Positions 60,848 to 64,000 of a stretch of 64,000 nucleotides of DNA are shown one piece after another. Both the position numbers and the translations under genes were made by a program. Each line of letters starts with the position of its first letter. The stretch's first letter is position 1. The stretch spans positions 320,001-384,000 of the forward strand of contig JBJMOW010000005.1 of the NCBI GenBank assembly GCA_045803545.1, written 5' to 3'. The stretch is from Gemmatimonadaceae bacterium. Its GTDB lineage: Bacteria; Gemmatimonadota; Gemmatimonadetes; Gemmatimonadales; Gemmatimonadaceae. Under the pieces are notes generated by a model, which was not told the DNA's origin, ran no database searches, and saw only the letters and a program-made list of their open reading frames with translations.

Positions 60848-62164
60848 TTACCCGGTAGGCACAACCTCCGGGGGACGAGCGTTCAAATTAGTTACGCTTT
60901 CGTAGGGGTGACAAGGCGCGCCAGCCTTCCAACTCCCCACACAAAGACGTGCCCCGTACCAGTATGGCAACTCACGAACATCTGTGATCGAAAAGAGCGC
61001 CAGGTCGGCTGAAAACCCCGGTGCAATCTGGCCAATTTCCCCTGCAAGCCCGAGCGCCGCCGCGCCGTTGACCGTGCTGGCGATCAGCGCTTCACCCAAG
61101 CTCATGCGCAGCTGGCTGACGCCGAGAGTCATGATCAGCGGAAAATTGACGGTTGGAGATGTGCCAGGATTGAAATCGGTCGCCAAGGCGACGGCAGCGC
61201 CAGCATCGATCAGCTCGCGCGCAGGGCCCTGCTTCGACTTGCCCAGGAAAAGCATGGTTCCCGGCAGCAGCGTAGCCACGGTGTCGGACTTCGCGAGCGC
61301 AGCCATCCCCTGGTGTGAGACCGCCGCCAAATGATCAGCGGAAGTCGCCTTCAGTTCGACCGCTAGCTCGGCGCCTCCTGACGCCTTGAGCTCGTCGGCG
61401 TGGAGCTTGAGACCGAGACCCGCTTTCCGTGCAGCGCTGAGAATGCGACGCGTTTCATCGATGGTGAACACGCCCGGCTCGCAAAAGACATCGGCGAATC
61501 GCGCGACGCGCTGCTCAACAACTCGCGGCAACTGGACGTCGACGAGGGCATCGATGAATTTCTCCCGCTGCGACGCATCGGACCGATACTCGTGCGGAAT
61601 TTCGTGAGCGCCGAGCCAGGTGGCGACGATGCGGAGCGGCTGTCGCTCGGCGAGCCGGCCGATGACGGCGAGCGCTTTGAGCTCGTCGTCGGTGCTCAGT
61701 CCGTAACCGCTCTTGATCTCGACGGTGGTGGTGCCATACGACGCAAGCTCCCGCAGCCGCTGCACCGCCATCGCGTACAGCTCCTCTTCGGCGCGCGCGC
61801 GAAAATCGCGCACGGATGCGTGGATGCCGCCGCCGCGACTCGCGATCTCCATGTAGTCGAGCCCCGCCGCTCGCTGCTCGTGCTCCTCGAACCGCGCTTT
61901 GCCAAACACTGCGTGGGTGTGGGAGTCGACGAGCCCCGGCGTGAGCACGCCACCTTTGCAGTCGATGACCTCCGCATCAGCGTACGCGTTCTTGAGGTCC
62001 GATGCCGCGCCGATCATCGCGATGCGGCCGTTGCTGACGGCGACAGCCGCGTTCTTGAGGATGCCGATTTCTTTCATTTCGGATCCGTGGCGGGCGCGCG
62101 CGGGACCGGCGCAGGTTATGAGCTGGGACGAGTTGATGAAGAGGAGGGGGCGTTCGGGCATCAC
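60848..62164 (-). CDS. hutI: Imidazolonepropionase
   Basis: PGLVDSHTH, EIKSGYGL, DVFCE, HADEL, ATDFNPG. Confidence 0.95.
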   Translation of the reverse strand: MMPERPLLFINSSQLITCAGPARARHGSEMKEIGILKNAAVAVSNGRIAMIGAASDLKNAYADAEVIDCKGGVLTPGLVDSHTHAVFGKARFEEHEQRAAGLDYMEIASRGGGIHASVRDFRARAEEELYAMAVQRLRELASYGTTTVEIKSGYGLSTDDELKALAVIGRLAERQPLRIVATWLGAHEIPHEYRSDASQREKFIDALVDVQLPRVVEQRVARFADVFCEPGVFTIDETRRILSAARKAGLGLKLHADELKASGGAELAVELKATSADHLAAVSHQGMAALAKSDTVATLLPGTMLFLGKSKQGPARELIDAGAAVALATDFNPGTSPTVNFPLIMTLGVSQLRMSLGEALIASTVNGAAALGLAGEIGQIAPGFSADLALFSITDVRELPYWYGARLCVGSWKAGAPCHPYESVTNLNARPPEVVPTG

Positions 62165-62188
62165 CGTAAAGTACTGCGCACCGAGGAC

Positions 62189-62772
62189 AACGGCGCACTG
62201 CCTCGCTGAGCGCTTATCGCTGCACGCTTACCGCTGAGCGCTGCAAGCGACGGGACAGATTGCGAGTAAACCAAACAAACCCGCCTGACAGGAAACGATG
62301 TCTTGATCACGCTAAGACCGAGCAACCTCAGTCATGGCCGATCACAAGAAACTGCGAGTCTGGCGCATGGCCTACGCTCTAGCGCTGAACGCTGATCGCG
62401 TCGCTACCGAGATCCGAAATCCGGATCATAAAGCGTTACGCAGTCAGTTGAACCGCGCTGCGATGTCCATTTCGGCAAATATTGTCGAGGGAAGAGCAAA
62501 AAAGAGCGATCGGGATTTCGCACGCTTTCTCGGATACGCGCTTGGCTCCGCCGCGGAGCTAGAGCACCACACAATGATTGCGCGAGACGTCAAGGCGATT
62601 TCTGTAAGTGATTCTTCTGTCCTTCTCGCTGAGGTCGTGGAGGTTAAAAAGATGCTCCATGGTCTAATCAATCGACTCTCGGGGTGAGTAGCCCACTGCG
62701 ATTTGTCCCGTCGCTTGCAGCGCTCAGCGGTAAGCGTGCAGCGATAAGCGCTCAGCGAGGCAGTGCGCCGTT
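62189..62772. mobile_element. Four-helix-bundle gene enclosed by a perfect 69-bp inverted repeat
   Basis: 62189..62257 is the exact reverse complement of 62704..62772. The arms contain 6 degenerate CGCTNNN heptamers. Confidence 0.8.
62334..62687 (+). CDS. Four helix bundle protein (23S rRNA IVS protein / bAvd-like family)
   Basis: KKLRVW, LRSQLNRAAMSISANIVEG, DFARFLGYALGSAAEL, KMLHGLI. Confidence 0.92.
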   Translation: MADHKKLRVWRMAYALALNADRVATEIRNPDHKALRSQLNRAAMSISANIVEGRAKKSDRDFARFLGYALGSAAELEHHTMIARDVKAISVSDSSVLLAEVVEVKKMLHGLINRLSG

Positions 62773-63767
62773 CAGTTCGCAGTCCGAGTAGTCGGCGAAG
62801 CTAGCACGTCCCTCACCCGCGACATCTGCAGCGGCGCCTGCGCCTCCCCCCGGCAAGCGTAGTAGCACGCATTACAGTTTATTGGCTGGTACTTCCGAAA
62901 CTCCGTCCAATGAAAGTCCGGCGGAAAATCCGGGCAGCGCTTCACATTGCCGAGCGGATCGATGTGAATCGTCCGCATTCCCGAGCGGCATGGCTCCTTC
63001 ATCTCGCCGCGCACGTAGCGAGGAATCTGGGCCAGGTAGTAGTCGGAGTTAGTGATGACGCCGCGCGTTTTTTTCTTGAATGCGAGCAACTCGGCGACGA
63101 CTTCCTCGAGCTGCTTCGTCTGATCTGACTCGAGCAGGCCTTCCTTGTTGCCGTTCTTGGCGTCGGTGTAGCAGCTGAAGTTCACGCCGCAACCCAGCTC
63201 GCGCGCGCGCAGCACGATCGGCATCAGCTGGTCGAGATTGTCGCGCTTGATCACGGTGTTGACCCGAATGCCGGTGATGCCGATGGCGCGCATGCGTGGA
63301 ATTACGTTCTGGATGCGCTGGGCTAAGCCAGGTATGCCACGGGCGTGATCGTGGCGCTCGTCGAGAAAGTCGAGCGAGATGTTGAACTGATTGACTCCTG
63401 CCTGCCACAGCGATCGGGCGCGCTCCGGAGTCAGCATCCCGCCGTGAGTAATCAGCATGATGTACTTCAATCGCACCGCGCCCTTTACCGCGGCAACGAG
63501 ATCTTCAAGATCGCGACGCAGCGTCGGCTCGCCACCGGTGAAAGTGATCAGCGCTGGGTTGAAGTAGCGCGCGGCGTCGGCGAACGACTTGACCTCAGTC
63601 GCTTTGGCTGACGGATCGGTTTTCCAGTAGTCGCAAAAACCACAACGGGCGTTGCAGCGCATGGTGACTTCGAAATGCACCAGCACCGGTCGTCCAATGG
63701 TGGTGAGCCAGGCATACTTGCCGATGAATAGCGGGATGTGCCATGGCTTGAACTCGGCGGAAAGCAT
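62772..63767 (-). CDS. Radical SAM protein with SPASM/Twitch-like C-terminal cysteines
   Basis: CNARCGFC, FTGGEP, C-terminal CRSG...IDPLGNVKRC...CNACYYAC. Confidence 0.9.
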   Translation of the reverse strand: MLSAEFKPWHIPLFIGKYAWLTTIGRPVLVHFEVTMRCNARCGFCDYWKTDPSAKATEVKSFADAARYFNPALITFTGGEPTLRRDLEDLVAAVKGAVRLKYIMLITHGGMLTPERARSLWQAGVNQFNISLDFLDERHDHARGIPGLAQRIQNVIPRMRAIGITGIRVNTVIKRDNLDQLMPIVLRARELGCGVNFSCYTDAKNGNKEGLLESDQTKQLEEVVAELLAFKKKTRGVITNSDYYLAQIPRYVRGEMKEPCRSGMRTIHIDPLGNVKRCPDFPPDFHWTEFRKYQPINCNACYYACRGEAQAPLQMSRVRDVLASPTTRTAN

Positions 63768-63769
63768 CT

Positions 63770-63813
63770 GCGGGAAGCGGGAAGCGGGAAGCGGGAGGCG
63801 GGAAGCGGGAAGC
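63770..63813 (+). repeat. (GCGGGAR)6 heptamer tandem repeat
   Basis: Fills almost the entire hutU-radical SAM spacer. Confidence 0.95.
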
Positions 63814-63816
63814 TAC

Positions 63817-64000
63817 TCAGTCGATCATTGGCAGATGCAGGTTATGCGCGCGAGCCGTCTCAACTGCTTCTTTGTAACCCGCGTCTGCGTGCCGGGCGAC
63901 GCCGATACCGGGGTCGTTGGTGAGAACGCGCTCGAGGCGGAGGCGCATCTCTGGAGTGCCATCAGCAACGATCACCTGGCCGGCGTGGAGCGAATTGCCG
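63817..64000 (-). CDS. hutU: Urocanate hydratase, C-terminal fragment (5' end outside the window)
   Basis: Hand translation: [60 protein letters not shown]. Confidence 0.9.
   Translation of the reverse strand, partial: GNSLHAGQVIVADGTPEMRLRLERVLTNDPGIGVARHADAGYKEAVETARAHNLHLPMID

Noticed and set aside
62334..62687. Diversity-generating retroelement or rRNA intervening sequence
   Set aside because: No reverse transcriptase, TR/VR pair or rRNA sequence is visible around the Avd/IVP-like gene.

Overview
A GC-rich bacterial chromosome segment. The gene content suggests Gemmatimonadota (kinase-TM-TPR Ser/Thr kinase, the lipoprotein types, DUF4321-tatA, acc/pilT/comB/ftsK run); this is inference only. 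Bases 1-~19.9 kb are a Wzx/Wzy-type surface polysaccharide locus: wzc (truncated), wza, several glycosyltransferases, wzy, wzx, wcaF, an epimerase, an acyltransferase and a priming sugar transferase. It contains a kinase-methyltransferase fusion and two paralogous 'beta-barrel + secreted His-rich partner' cassettes flanking the priming transferase. The remainder is mostly housekeeping on the minus strand: hflX, ugd, rarA, cca, asparaginase, alaS, recX, recA, yraN, ftsK, comB, accC, pilT, accB, Xaa-Pro peptidase, aroQ, tatA, polyprenyl synthase, hutI, a radical SAM gene and hutU (partial). A few signalling and secreted genes are interspersed. The most striking non-coding structures are: (1) a four-helix-bundle (IVS-protein/Avd-like) gene enclosed by a perfect 69-bp inverted repeat built from degenerate heptamers, with an 'empty' copy of the same arms 40 kb away; (2) a second family of ~140-bp hairpin elements in 2 copies; (3) a 343-bp hairpin with 102-bp arms upstream of alaS; (4) seven GCGGGAA heptamer tracts, several translated in frame inside core proteins. 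No rRNA, tRNA, CRISPR array or transposase was recognised.
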